From: Histomonas meleagridis 2922-C6/04-290x
Taxonomy: Eukaryota > Protista > Parabasalia
Length of the DNA stretch: 64,000 nucleotides
Assembly: GCA_020184695.1 (NCBI GenBank)
Contig: JAANOX010000205.1
Coordinates: 124,001-188,000 of the forward strand
Reading direction: 5' to 3'
Below are positions 22,387 to 34,117 of the stretch, piece after piece. The notes below the pieces were generated by a model. The model was not told where the DNA came from. It worked only from the letters and a program-made list of their open reading frames with translations, and ran no database searches. The position numbers were made by a program, and so were the translations under genes. Each line of letters opens with the position of its first letter. Positions within the stretch are counted from its first letter, which is position 1.

Positions 22387-25158
22387 ATGAGCAGTAAATC
22401 AGTTGGTGAAATTTCGAGTGATTTTGATATAGAGGTAGAGAGTTATACAGAAGTAGAAGATGGAACTCCTCCTAACAAAATTCAAATCAAATATATTGAA
22501 AAACATAAAAAATTAAAGCTTAATCAGAAAGCTTATGTTATCTCTCAAGCATGGATTAATTCTTTAAAAGAAAGTATTTCTGATGAATCCAAAAAAATGA
22601 TTCCAATTGATAATTCAGATTTATTAGATAAAAACGGGAAACTTGATTTTGCAAACAAAGAAAAAGGCAAGGATTTTATTGTCATTTCTGAAACTGCTTG
22701 GAAAAAGATACACAAATGGAATGGTGGAGGACCACAGATCAAACTTGATACAGTTGATGTTGGTGGTAAAGTTAAATCACTGATTCCTATGAATGCTAAA
22801 GTTAATTGCAGAGCCACAGAGAAAGCAATTCAAACGTATAAATATGAAAAGTGTGCTGATTTCAAAAAGCGATCACTTTCCTTATTTTCTCTTGCCGAGA
22901 CCACAGAATCACGACTTCTTGATTACAAAGACAAGCAATTTCATGAAATCATGGACGACGATAAGTTTCTTAAAGATTATAATATTTCAGCAAATCAAAA
23001 CATCTATCTTGATATCAAGAACAATCGCGGTAATTGGATATCCAACTTCAAAGATTCCAACAAACCCATTTTTGTGAATTCGCGTTCTGATTATTTTGAT
23101 AATTATAATAGTCATAATTCATCAAGTGGCTATTCTCCAGCATTTTCGGTACATACGTATGGAGGCTATGGTGTTTCATCATGTGGACCAGCGCCAGCGC
23201 CAGGTCTTGTTGGTCTAAAGAATCTTTCCAACACATGTTTCTTTAATTCCGGTGTCCAATGTCTACTTCACACAAATCCATTTAAACAACTTTTTTTGCA
23301 TAGTGATTGGGAGAAAGATTTAAATCCCACAAATCCGATTGGCATGAAAGGTAAATTAGCACAAGCATTCATTTCATTATTTAAAGAAGTATGGAGTGGT
23401 AAAAACGCCGTTGTATCACCTGCAGAATTAAAGCGAACGATTGGCGAATTTACAGAACGATTTAGTGGATGGGGACAACAAGATTCACATGAGTTAATCA
23501 CTTTTATGTTAGATGGCTTAAGTGAAGATTTAAATCGACGCACTAAGAAAGAATATGTCGAGAACATAGTTGGCGATGGAACCAATGATGAAGAAATTGC
23601 AAAACTTTCTTGGGACAACTTTAAGAAACGTAGTGATAGTATTATTGTTGATACATTTTATGGGCAATTACGATCTAAATTATATTGTCCTAATTGTCAT
23701 ATTATCACTGTCATTTTCGAGCCATATTTTTCGTTATCATTACCATTAACAAAACCACATCCGAAAACTATTGATATAACATTTGTACCATATGATTATA
23801 AGGAACAACGACTAAAATTAGATTTAATAGTTCGTCCACCCATAAATATTAATAATATATCGAAAGCTATTTCCGAAATAGTTAAACGAGAAGTTAATAT
23901 AGTTGTCGGATATAAAGAGAATGATTATAGTAATACATTTATATGGCGAATCGAAAAATCGAGCAGTAACATTAAGCCACATTATTATGCATTTGAAATA
24001 CCAAAAATTGAACAATGTTATATCATAGGTACAATGAAGTTAAAACTTGAAGATAAAATGTTATATAATGATTCATCGACAGAAAAAGAAATAATTCCGC
24101 CAATGTTAATACCAATTTCTAACTTAAATGCAACAGAAGAAGAAATTTCGATTTCTGCATCTAATCGACTTTCTTCATTATGGGAAGAAAACAATGATAT
24201 TCAAGAGACATCATATATTAAAGATATAATTACACGCTTAAAATTACCAACGAATAATAACTTTGATGATGACATTAAAATTCATATAACGATTTCGAAG
24301 TTTTCATTAGGTAAAACTAATAATAATAATAACAATAATCGAAAATCTGATTTTCCATTTCTTAAAGAATATTCAGTAAATTTAATATTAAATTCGAAAT
24401 ATGTTACACCAGAAAAAGGATTTTCAACATTATCATTACTAAGACATTATGAATTCAACAAAGAACATCATAAACATCGAACTGAATCCGACGTAAATAT
24501 AACATTAGAAAAATGTTTCGAATATTATACCACAAATGAAATCTTAGATGAAGACAACAAATGGTATTGTCCACATTGTAAGCAACATGTTTGTGCTGAC
24601 AAACAATTAGACATATGGTCAGTACCAAAATGTTTAATACTTCATTTGAAACGTTTCATAGCGAATCGATATTCCACAGAGAAACTCAACAAAAGTGTGA
24701 ATTATCCAATGGAAATCGATTTAAGTAATTTTGTTAAAGGGAAAAATGTTACAAATAATTCATTAAAATATAAATTATATGCAATATCAGAACATATCGG
24801 AGGAATGGGTAGTGGACATTATGCGACACATGCAATTAATGTACTCGATCATCATGTGCATGGGAAATGGTATAACTTTAACGATTCGTCTGTAAAGGAA
24901 TCAACTGAAGAGAAAGCAAAACATCAATGTAACGAAGCTTATGTTTTGTTTTATGAAAGAATTGATCCAGATGAAAAGTCAGAGCCGGTGAGCGAATCAG
25001 ACGAAGAAATTAACCAAATGCAAATTAATATAGAAAAAGAAACAGATGAAGATTACGAATGTTATATTAAGAAGGCAAAGAGTTGCGACGAGTTAAATAG
25101 GTTTAGATCAATAATGGAAAGAGAAAGATTCCAAGGAAATATAGATCAAATCGAATAG
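22387..25158 (+). CDS. Ubiquitin-specific protease, USP4/11/15-like (DUSP-UBL-C19 peptidase)
   Basis: DUSP-like N-terminus (WI...IPIDNS, W..IHKWNGGGP); Cys box GLKNLSNTCFFNS; QQDSHE; His box EHIGGMGSGHY; WYNFNDS. Confidence 0.93.
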   Translation: MSSKSVGEISSDFDIEVESYTEVEDGTPPNKIQIKYIEKHKKLKLNQKAYVISQAWINSLKESISDESKKMIPIDNSDLLDKNGKLDFANKEKGKDFIVISETAWKKIHKWNGGGPQIKLDTVDVGGKVKSLIPMNAKVNCRATEKAIQTYKYEKCADFKKRSLSLFSLAETTESRLLDYKDKQFHEIMDDDKFLKDYNISANQNIYLDIKNNRGNWISNFKDSNKPIFVNSRSDYFDNYNSHNSSSGYSPAFSVHTYGGYGVSSCGPAPAPGLVGLKNLSNTCFFNSGVQCLLHTNPFKQLFLHSDWEKDLNPTNPIGMKGKLAQAFISLFKEVWSGKNAVVSPAELKRTIGEFTERFSGWGQQDSHELITFMLDGLSEDLNRRTKKEYVENIVGDGTNDEEIAKLSWDNFKKRSDSIIVDTFYGQLRSKLYCPNCHIITVIFEPYFSLSLPLTKPHPKTIDITFVPYDYKEQRLKLDLIVRPPININNISKAISEIVKREVNIVVGYKENDYSNTFIWRIEKSSSNIKPHYYAFEIPKIEQCYIIGTMKLKLEDKMLYNDSSTEKEIIPPMLIPISNLNATEEEISISASNRLSSLWEENNDIQETSYIKDIITRLKLPTNNNFDDDIKIHITISKFSLGKTNNNNNNNRKSDFPFLKEYSVNLILNSKYVTPEKGFSTLSLLRHYEFNKEHHKHRTESDVNITLEKCFEYYTTNEILDEDNKWYCPHCKQHVCADKQLDIWSVPKCLILHLKRFIANRYSTEKLNKSVNYPMEIDLSNFVKGKNVTNNSLKYKLYAISEHIGGMGSGHYATHAINVLDHHVHGKWYNFNDSSVKESTEEKAKHQCNEAYVLFYERIDPDEKSEPVSESDEEINQMQINIEKETDEDYECYIKKAKSCDELNRFRSIMERERFQGNIDQIE

Positions 25159-25751
25159 AAATTATAATAAGTGAATTTGAATTTTTTGAAAAAAATTGTA
25201 TAATAAAAAATGATAATTTAAATATATATTAAAATCAATTTTTTTAATAATTTTTTCTTATGGAGAAAACGAAATGAAAAGTTGTCTTCAATGGCGGTAA
25301 ACGCGAATTACTGTGTCGATTCGTTTTTATTCATATTATTAAGCAAAAAATTTCTTCAAACGAAACACTAAGTAAAGATCAACTGTTACGTTCAAATTTT
25401 GAATGGATGACTTGTATATGAACGCATGTTCAAATTTTTATTTATAGTACGATTGTTGTGTAGCTAACCAACTCTCAAAATGAGGTAGAAACTTTTTGAC
25501 TGCATGACGTGAATTGGCGTCATTTTTGGCAGATCGACTTGATTTATAATTTTATCAAATTTGAATCGATTATCGATTTTCAACGAATTGTTGGAAGTTA
25601 ACTCTTTATCAATTATTTTTTAATTCACAAAATATTTCAATAATTTCGATTGAAATGTTTAAGTTTTCATGTAAATTCACAAATCAAGCAAAACGTTTTA
25701 GGAACCTGACTAAAATTTAATTATAATTTATATCAATAGAAGTATCAAGCT

Positions 25752-26128
25752 ATGTTACTTATTTTTCCATTTATTGCTTATTGTAATAATGAATTACAAA
25801 TAAATGCATACCCAGAATCTTCTCATGCATTCGGTAAAGGTGGTGTCTATCTCAATTGGACAAAACTCAATAATGAAAATGTATATTACAAGATTTATAT
25901 ATATTGTATGATAGATTTTCATCTAGTTTATTAATTGGTTGTATTTGTGGAGGGATTGTTGTCATTCTGTTAATTACAGGATTAGTTGTTTTCCTTATAA
26001 GGAAAAAGAAAAAAGGGTCACATAAATCAATATCTAAAGAATCGACATCTAATATAATGATTTTAGAAGAAAAAATTAATGACGAAATTGATAAATTTGT
26101 TCAACAAGAGAATGATAATTGGCTATAG
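25752..26128 (+). pseudogene. Internally deleted or frameshifted type-I surface protein remnant
   Basis: A signal-peptide-like ORF (25752-25934) overlaps a TM plus basic-tail ORF (25904-26128) in a different frame. Confidence 0.55.
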
Positions 26129-26639
26129 ATGTATTTATATGGGGACAAGCAAAGATTGACACCCTCCATTCTCAACTTCCAATGAATAAAAAAAAAAAAT
26201 TTAACAATATTCTTATATATAATATACTGATAAACTCTGGTTAATATTTAAAAATTTTGTTTTGGTGATGAGAAAAATTTATTTGAGATTTTTGTAAATT
26301 CAAAAAAGTGGATATATCATTCCTATACTAAAATATCCATTGTATACGACTTGCTTTTACTCGAGCATTTTCATCATCTGTCTGTCCTTTTTTGGCTTTG
26401 TTAATCTGTGCATTGTTTCTTCTTCAATTTCTTTCATTCTTTTAATAAATTCTTACATTTTCTTTCTCTCTACAGCTTTTCGGCTTGCTTCCTAGATTTA
26501 ATTAAAACTAATATACAAAATATGAAAACATCCAAAATGAGAAGATTTTCAAATACATAAAGATATCCGACTTCATATGTTTAATTATTAGTATTCACAA
26601 TTATTTGGCTTATCTATAAATTTTATATAGCTAAAACAT

Positions 26640-28040
26640 TTAATTTTGTTCAAATGCATTTAACAACTCTTCCGAACATGCGTTAATTTCTTCATCATCA
26701 CTTTGTGCCAATGATTCAAGTACGCTCTTCAACTCATCTCTAAGAATTAATTCTCTAACTTCACCATCCATTCCATATAACAGATTAATTACGTTTAAGA
26801 ATTCTTTTATTTCATCATTTTGTATTGAATCAACAATTGCACATGCGAATTCCAAAAATTTATTATTAACTAATTCGACAATAATTCGCTGATTGAATGC
26901 AGCAACACGAATAAACTTTAATAATGAACTTAATGCAACTTCTTTTTCTTCAAACATGCCAAAATTAAGTTTATCTAAAATCTCAGATACAATATCATTT
27001 TCCCATAAATTAAACCAATCATTTATATAAAGTATATTAATTGCATCAATTACACTATGAAGTTGATATTTATTAACTTTCTGTAATACGTTTTGTGTTA
27101 AGTTATAAAATGCAAGGCTTTTGAAGGCTTCAGGAATACCATCATTCACTACAATTTGATAAACACAATCATAGGAATAAGAGAATATTGGTATTTCCTT
27201 ATGTGATGATTTTAGATAATATGGTGGATGATCAATTGCAAAGAGAAGTAAATTTAGACAATCTAGTTTATAAGATTCTGATCTAATCTCAGGATTTTGA
27301 AGAAGAGTAGAAAGAAGACGAAGCATCTTCTTCTTAGTTGAAATAAGAGAATTTTTGTCTCTTTCTGGAATTTTTTCGATTTCAATGGAAATTGAATGGA
27401 GAACGTTAGGCAAAAAAGGAAGAAACACAACAAGCTCATCAACAGAATAGAATTTGATGAAAGCAAAAAGAAGAGACGAAACAAGAGCTGGATGACGTGT
27501 GATGTTTAGATAATTTGATTCGATCAAACGTTGTATAAATCCAATCTCAGTTTGCAAAATGTTGAATACTTGTGAAGATATTGACTGATTTTTAAGAAGA
27601 GACCTCAACAATGTTAAGCCTAATAATGATGTTGTTTCTTTTTGGGAAAAAACAGCATTCATAATATTATCAAAAAATTGTGGTGTTAAAAATGAATTAT
27701 CATCAAAACTGACCGAACTTATAATGTAAATTACAATTTCGATTGAATACTTAAATATTGTAAAATCTTCTGATGGATCAATATAAGGAATGATAGCATA
27801 AAACCCACCTTTTACGTAAAAATCATCAGGAGTTTCAGCTCCATATTGAAATGCGTTATAAAAGTTGAACACTGCTAATGGATTATTTGATAGTTCAGAA
27901 TATGCTTGATTTAAAATTGAAATATAAAATTTTGCGTACTGATTTTGCGTGTTTTGAATTAGATTTGCTACACCCATGTATTGCATTTTATATAATAAAC
28001 TTATAAAGCTCTTAGGCTGTTTTTTGTACCCGATTTCCAT
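26640..28040 (-). CDS. ARM/HEAT-like hypothetical protein
   Basis: 466-aa helical ORF; the C-terminus resembles importin-alpha-like ARM endings. Confidence 0.7.
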   Translation of the reverse strand: MEIGYKKQPKSFISLLYKMQYMGVANLIQNTQNQYAKFYISILNQAYSELSNNPLAVFNFYNAFQYGAETPDDFYVKGGFYAIIPYIDPSEDFTIFKYSIEIVIYIISSVSFDDNSFLTPQFFDNIMNAVFSQKETTSLLGLTLLRSLLKNQSISSQVFNILQTEIGFIQRLIESNYLNITRHPALVSSLLFAFIKFYSVDELVVFLPFLPNVLHSISIEIEKIPERDKNSLISTKKKMLRLLSTLLQNPEIRSESYKLDCLNLLLFAIDHPPYYLKSSHKEIPIFSYSYDCVYQIVVNDGIPEAFKSLAFYNLTQNVLQKVNKYQLHSVIDAINILYINDWFNLWENDIVSEILDKLNFGMFEEKEVALSSLLKFIRVAAFNQRIIVELVNNKFLEFACAIVDSIQNDEIKEFLNVINLLYGMDGEVRELILRDELKSVLESLAQSDDEEINACSEELLNAFEQN

Positions 28041-28052
28041 TTTAGTAGAAGA

Positions 28053-28060
28053 TAACGGTT
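28053..28060 (-). promoter_or_regulatory. M3-like core promoter element
   Basis: AACCGTTA on the minus strand, 12 nt upstream of ATG 28040. Confidence 0.4.
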
Positions 28061-28363
28061 TTTTTATTGCTCGCGGTCAAACTCCCTCGTACTTACCTGT
28101 TTAAACATGCGTTTGATATTAAATTTTTCAATTAATAACATTTTTTCTTAGACATAATGAATATGAGATATTAAATACTTTTTCATAAATATTAAATTTA
28201 ATAATTCAATTCCAAAATTTTAAGCAATTGTTTTTTAGTTCATCAGGTATGATCCTTTCATAGCGATACATGTTGTAATTTCAGTATGATGAATAATGTT
28301 CAAAGGTTTTTCCCCAAAAAATGACCTGCCGTTTATTATATTTCATATAACATTTCGGTTGCA

Positions 28364-29038
28364 ATGGAGTCTTTCGAGTTTGCTGATAAAGCAAGAGGAA
28401 TTTTTGCCAGTAAAAATGGGCGTCTTTATGTAACCAAACCAGGAACATTTGATTTATATGCAGCGCCGTTTATAATTCCAACTCCTTTCAGAATTATTGT
28501 AGACGAAAAATATGATCCATTCGTTCTTATTTTTACTAAATGTGGCCATCTATACATATTAAATAGTGTTGAAAACAGGTGGGTATTACAAACTAAATTA
28601 CCATCAATTGCTGGTGTTATCGATTCTGTTGACTTACTTCATGATGGAAAAAATGTCATATTAAAGACCAATAAAGGTGCTTTCCTTTATGATTCAGGTT
28701 GGGTTGTTCTATCCGAACCTATTGAATCCCTTGTCATCAAAGCTGATCAAAAAATTTTCGCACAATGTTCATCACTTGAAAACGAAATTGCTGCTGCGAT
28801 TTATTTGCATGATTATGATTTCCTCGTTGAAGCAATTTTGCGTTATGTTGTCTATTTAGCGAATTATGCACCAGAAAATGCTTTTTTGTCATTATGGTAT
28901 GATTTGATCAAATCAAATTATCCGTTCGAAAAAGAAGAAATGAAGCAGTTATGGGCAAGAGCAATCGATGTACTTGCTTCAATCGATCGTGTTTCTCAAT
29001 CAATTGATGAGTTACAGATGTCAGTGGAATCAATTTAA
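28364..29038 (+). CDS. Stand-alone HIRA C-terminal (Hira domain)-like protein
   Basis: Motif order GRLY..PFII, LIFTKCGHLYILN, KGAFLYDSGWV, SSLENEIAAA..L...Y..YLA resembles the Hira domain. Recognised by eye only. Confidence 0.55.
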   Translation: MESFEFADKARGIFASKNGRLYVTKPGTFDLYAAPFIIPTPFRIIVDEKYDPFVLIFTKCGHLYILNSVENRWVLQTKLPSIAGVIDSVDLLHDGKNVILKTNKGAFLYDSGWVVLSEPIESLVIKADQKIFAQCSSLENEIAAAIYLHDYDFLVEAILRYVVYLANYAPENAFLSLWYDLIKSNYPFEKEEMKQLWARAIDVLASIDRVSQSIDELQMSVESI

Positions 29039-29407
29039 AGTTTTTTGTTATCAAGAAATGAATATTTTATTTTGTTCACTAAAATTCAAATCTTTTATAG
29101 ATTTTAGTTTTCATATTTTTGGATTAGTCAGTAATCGATTACGATGAAAATTTTTTAAAATTGAGAAGAAAAACAAAACTAGTCAAGCACATCCTCACAG
29201 AAATGATTAGATACCTTTGAAATTAATATATGCTAAAATCAAATAAATTAAAAAAATTGATAAAAACAATTTTTTTTGTTCTTTGAATATATGGTTTCAT
29301 GGTTGCTCAATTTTATATTGATTTATGAAAAATATGTTATTGTCTTGAAAAAAAAGGTATTGGAATAAAAGAAAACAACACTAACGTTCAACCATATAAT
29401 TTTTTAA

Positions 29408-32400
29408 ATGAGTTTCTCGGACAAGTTCAAGATAGACGAATGCAATTTTTTCAGGACTCAAATAGTGCAAAATTATATATTAAATCAAAAAGATCATATG
29501 CAACTTTATTCATCTCCATACATAATTAATCTTCTTGAACCATTAGTTTACGGACCAAATAATAACAACCGAATTTCTAAGTGGGATTTAATGTCGATTT
29601 TATTTCCAGTGCAAAAAGAGAAGCTTTATTTAAATCAAGAATTTTATTTAAATATTCTAAAAATTCAAAATCACAAATGGGGAAAATTTATCTGTAGCAA
29701 AGTTAAAAGCAAAACCTTTTCAAAAGGCGATGTTAATACGCTTTTTAAAGATTTACATATTCTTCAAACTTCACAGTCAGGTTTATTTTCAGCACTTCTT
29801 CCCACCATAGATTCACTTATGGATTTAATTCCACCCACCATATCATTTTCAATTCTTGGAATTGATTTTTTTTCATATAAGATAAATCTTACACCTGTTA
29901 TTCTTCAATCGTTTCCACATGAACTTTTAATACCATCAATTCTACCAAAGTTTTTTACATATATGATTAATTTTAACGATCCAAACATAGTTAAAACCAT
30001 GCAAGTATTAATTAGTTGTAATGAACCATATCCAAAAAACTCGACGAAGTTTCAACAAAACAATTATTTTACACTTGTCAATGAGACTATATGTAAGCGC
30101 AAGTGCTTTCTAGACATAATTATTAATCCATCAATGAGATTTCTAAATACTGGTGACATTAATTCCTTTTTTAAGATTTCACAAATATTTCCACGACTTC
30201 AACCATTTATATTATTAAGTTTTTTTGAAGCGATGAAAGAAGATTCCAAACGATATCTACAAATCATATCAATGTTCACAGATACTTCTGATATGCATCC
30301 GATTACATTATCATTTTTTAATCGGTTAATTAATGATGATAAAATTATAAAATTTTTAAATGAATCAAATTCAACGATATTCCAACGAAATTCGATTCCA
30401 TTAATTCTTGTACACAAATTATATTCTATTGATCCTAATATTTTAAATGAATATTCCAAACTTTCATATTATATAATATCTGATGAATCGAAAATAATTG
30501 ATTTTTCATTTTTATATAGTTTTTATTCGATATTATACACAATAAAATATATAACTTCTAATGATAATGCACAAAGTTCTACTTTATTTGTAGATTTAAT
30601 TGAGAAAATTGAAGATCAACAAATTAAAGAAAACACTGCAATTGATATAATGTCATTAATATTTTTACAAAAATCGAATGGAACATATTATTGTAATGTT
30701 CAAAAAGCTCAAGTTATAATGTATTCCATTAGTGATTATTTGGATAATTTTTATTTCAATAATGGAAATGATAAAATTACTTATGCTATAATGCAAGGTT
30801 ATACTGATTTAAAATCATCTTTAATTACACCACTTAGTGCTATTATAGATTCCACAATAAAGAATTCATATGAACCTGTATTACATTTATTAAGGAATAA
30901 TCGGAAATTACTTAAAATTGTAAGATTAATACGTGCGATGAAATCAGCAAATCCTGATAAATATGATGACATTTCAGATTTACCTATTTTTGGTTTAGAG
31001 TATTTCTTTTCGAAAGGTTTTGAACATCGAATTTATAAATTACCTTCACAAGATTTTATTAATACAATTAGAGTTGAATCTAATAAAAATAAAAATAATA
31101 ATAATATAGATTTATGTGAATCACCAAGATCAAGAAGAAGAAGATCAAGTGTAAGAAGGCGTTTAATTAGTTCAATTCCACAAATCCAATTAGTTAAATT
31201 AATCGAAGGTGTTAATGAATTGAAACAATCGAAAAGTAATGTTGACAACAACAAGAAAACTCAATTAACATTACCCGAAATTATTAAAGAAGTATTAAAG
31301 AATAGAAAAATTATGAAAAAGCCAATTGATATAATTATGAAAGCTGATCTTTATATATTTATTAATAAGGCAAAAGATGAAAATTTCTCTTTTAATCCAG
31401 AATTAATACCTTTAAATTATAAAATATTTTCTTCTTTTGTAAATTATAATTTTGTACTTAAGAAAATTTTGATGAATTCAAATTCTAAACTTCCTTTGAT
31501 TACTTCCATTAAAGAATTAATTATTAAACTTGTGGAAATTATTATTACAAGTAATCAAATCGATTCATGGAAAATGATAGAATCAATTTTAGGGTCGAAT
31601 GCATTAAATTATATATTACAATATTCTGAATCTAAAAATATAAATAATAATTTATTTAAAGTTATGATACAAAAATATAAATTACCTGGTTTAACATTTT
31701 TATATGAAAAAATTAATTCTAATAAATGTGAATTTACAACATTAAATTTAACAGATATAATAAATCTTAAGAAGAAAAAAACGACTGTATTTGATCGACT
31801 TTTAATAAAGAAATTAAATGAAAAAAGAACAAAATTAGAAACATTCGAAGAAATTATTAATATTGATGAAAGTTTAGATGATATTACATATGAACAAGTT
31901 TTATCTTTATTAATTGACTTCTTTGAAAGAAAACCTTTACCAATAAATGAATTAGATTCTTTATATTTTCGATTTCCTAATGAATTTTATGAATACGTAC
32001 GAAAGAATTTGGATTCATTTAAACCAAAAGATTTACTTAAGTTACAAGCTTTTATCGATTTTTCATCACTTTATGATTTATTAAATTATAAAGTTAAAAC
32101 TACGTCACCAAATTTTGTTATTATATTTTGTATTAAAAACAAACATTATAAAACTTTAGTTAATTTTTTAACTGAATTTAATCTTGAGCGAATATTTGGA
32201 AATTATTTAACAGAAGAAAATATAAATAACTTAGTAATAAATTGTAATGATATATTACTAAAAATAGAAGATAAATTATCGACTGAATTAAAAGATAAAA
32301 TTAATAAAACACGAAAAGAAATTGAGATGAAAAAACAACTCGAAAATCAACTTAAAACTCAAAAGAATCCATTAAATCCCGAATTGTTTAATCAAATATT

Positions 32401-34117
32401 ACAACGAAACATTAATATTCTTTCTAAAATTAAATCGATTTTTAATGAATATTCATTTAAATATAGTTTTAATCAACAAATATTTCAATTACTTTCCAAT
32501 GAAATCATCAAAAACATTTCGAATTTTTCTATTGATTCAATAGAATCAGAAGATAAAACATTTAATATTATATATAAAATCAATAAATCTCTTTTAAAAC
32601 TTAAAGAAAATATAATCGAATTCGAAGAAATTAATAAACCAATTTTTATACAAGTCGAAATTCTTGAAACGTTTTTAGATAATACACCATTCCTTAGGAC
32701 ACAAAAACAATATTCATTTAATAACTTATTATCCAAAGAAACAGGAATGAAGTTATCAGAGTTAAGTTATGAAATTGATAATTATCAATTAGTATTAAAA
32801 ATATGTGAAAATTGGGGAATAGATCCATCAATATTTATGATTAAAGAAGTCATAGTATGTTATCAATGTCGAATATTTACTGAGTCACAATATATATTAC
32901 AAAGTATTTCATCGAAAATCGTTTCAAATTATATCGAAAAAATTATTGATACTTTGCGTTTTCCTAACATGATCGATTTAGCTGAGTTTAACTTACCTAC
33001 ATTACCTATTACTGAATACTCATTAGAAATGTGTTTAGGTTTAGTTCCTTTATTATATGAATCAACTACATCACAAATCGCCGATAACAATTCTTCAAAT
33101 CGAATCGCTTTGATTGATTCATTGTTGGTCACCTTTAGCTTTGAGAATAAAACTGTGTATTATTATTCGAAATTTGGGCGTTTCGAAGATGCTTTCACTG
33201 TTTGGGGAATATCTCAACAAAGTGAAGAGACATTCTTGCAAAATTTAGTGATCCCTGCACTCGAATACTCAAATTGGAACTCGTTGTGGTTAAGGATTTC
33301 AAGGTCATTGGATCTTTTTGAGAAGTTTATTTTGAACTTTTTAACGTTCCTTGAGAACAAAAGTGCCTTTTTAATTATGTATGATGTAAGTTATAGAATT
33401 CAATATTATGAAGTCTCTGTTAAGGCATGTTTAAAGTTATATGAACAAACAGAGTCATTTGAAGCACGATCAGAGATATTTAACAAACTTAATATTTCAT
33501 GTCAAAAAGCAATTCGATTTCGAAACAAAAATAATAGAAAAGGAATTATCATATTTAAGCATAATGACTTAATGAATTTACATAATCGTGTCTCATTACA
33601 AAGTAAATTTATTGATTTCTGTATCAAAAATGGAATTCAATATGTGCCTAAACTTGATTTAATTTTTAATGAAGAAAATCAAATGAATGTTGTCTTATTA
33701 TTAATGCGATTAAAACAATTCGATTTTCTTATGGATATGATGGTGTTCACTTCATTTACATTCGAAAAGGTTTGCGATGAATTCATTAATTCGATGTCAT
33801 TAAAGGAAATTCAACAATATTTGGAATCGATTTCGAAGTTGAAGAAAACAAAAATTTATGATATCGTTGTAGTGATATTAATCGAAAGAATTGGATTAAG
33901 ATTCAAAAATTATCCAAAAGAACTTGTGAAATTGATAACTAATTATGTGAATGGAGAAAAGGTAAAAGTAAAACTGTTTTTGGAGTTCGATTTCTTGGAA
34001 GAAGCGTTTGCAGTAGCGAAAAAACATTGCAAAGAAATGTTGGGAGATATATTGGAGAAGGCAAAAGAAAGCAAAAACCAAAGTTTGGTGACAAGATGTA
34101 TAAAGTTAATGAAATAA
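29408..34117 (+). CDS. Large alpha-solenoid protein; C-terminus resembles spastizin/ZFYVE26
   Basis: 1569-aa ORF. The segment FLQNLVIPALE...FLENKSAFLIMYDV...VKACLKLY resembles the ZFYVE26 C-terminal region. The family call is tentative. Confidence 0.5.
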   Translation: MSFSDKFKIDECNFFRTQIVQNYILNQKDHMQLYSSPYIINLLEPLVYGPNNNNRISKWDLMSILFPVQKEKLYLNQEFYLNILKIQNHKWGKFICSKVKSKTFSKGDVNTLFKDLHILQTSQSGLFSALLPTIDSLMDLIPPTISFSILGIDFFSYKINLTPVILQSFPHELLIPSILPKFFTYMINFNDPNIVKTMQVLISCNEPYPKNSTKFQQNNYFTLVNETICKRKCFLDIIINPSMRFLNTGDINSFFKISQIFPRLQPFILLSFFEAMKEDSKRYLQIISMFTDTSDMHPITLSFFNRLINDDKIIKFLNESNSTIFQRNSIPLILVHKLYSIDPNILNEYSKLSYYIISDESKIIDFSFLYSFYSILYTIKYITSNDNAQSSTLFVDLIEKIEDQQIKENTAIDIMSLIFLQKSNGTYYCNVQKAQVIMYSISDYLDNFYFNNGNDKITYAIMQGYTDLKSSLITPLSAIIDSTIKNSYEPVLHLLRNNRKLLKIVRLIRAMKSANPDKYDDISDLPIFGLEYFFSKGFEHRIYKLPSQDFINTIRVESNKNKNNNNIDLCESPRSRRRRSSVRRRLISSIPQIQLVKLIEGVNELKQSKSNVDNNKKTQLTLPEIIKEVLKNRKIMKKPIDIIMKADLYIFINKAKDENFSFNPELIPLNYKIFSSFVNYNFVLKKILMNSNSKLPLITSIKELIIKLVEIIITSNQIDSWKMIESILGSNALNYILQYSESKNINNNLFKVMIQKYKLPGLTFLYEKINSNKCEFTTLNLTDIINLKKKKTTVFDRLLIKKLNEKRTKLETFEEIINIDESLDDITYEQVLSLLIDFFERKPLPINELDSLYFRFPNEFYEYVRKNLDSFKPKDLLKLQAFIDFSSLYDLLNYKVKTTSPNFVIIFCIKNKHYKTLVNFLTEFNLERIFGNYLTEENINNLVINCNDILLKIEDKLSTELKDKINKTRKEIEMKKQLENQLKTQKNPLNPELFNQILQRNINILSKIKSIFNEYSFKYSFNQQIFQLLSNEIIKNISNFSIDSIESEDKTFNIIYKINKSLLKLKENIIEFEEINKPIFIQVEILETFLDNTPFLRTQKQYSFNNLLSKETGMKLSELSYEIDNYQLVLKICENWGIDPSIFMIKEVIVCYQCRIFTESQYILQSISSKIVSNYIEKIIDTLRFPNMIDLAEFNLPTLPITEYSLEMCLGLVPLLYESTTSQIADNNSSNRIALIDSLLVTFSFENKTVYYYSKFGRFEDAFTVWGISQQSEETFLQNLVIPALEYSNWNSLWLRISRSLDLFEKFILNFLTFLENKSAFLIMYDVSYRIQYYEVSVKACLKLYEQTESFEARSEIFNKLNISCQKAIRFRNKNNRKGIIIFKHNDLMNLHNRVSLQSKFIDFCIKNGIQYVPKLDLIFNEENQMNVVLLLMRLKQFDFLMDMMVFTSFTFEKVCDEFINSMSLKEIQQYLESISKLKKTKIYDIVVVILIERIGLRFKNYPKELVKLITNYVNGEKVKVKLFLEFDFLEEAFAVAKKHCKEMLGDILEKAKESKNQSLVTRCIKLMK

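Noticed and set aside
28090-28100. TACTTACCTG resembling the U1 snRNA 5' end, or CAG|GTAAGT on the minus strand
   Set aside because: The downstream sequence is AT-rich with no U1 stem-loops or Sm site, and no matching ACTAAC...AG acceptor exists.
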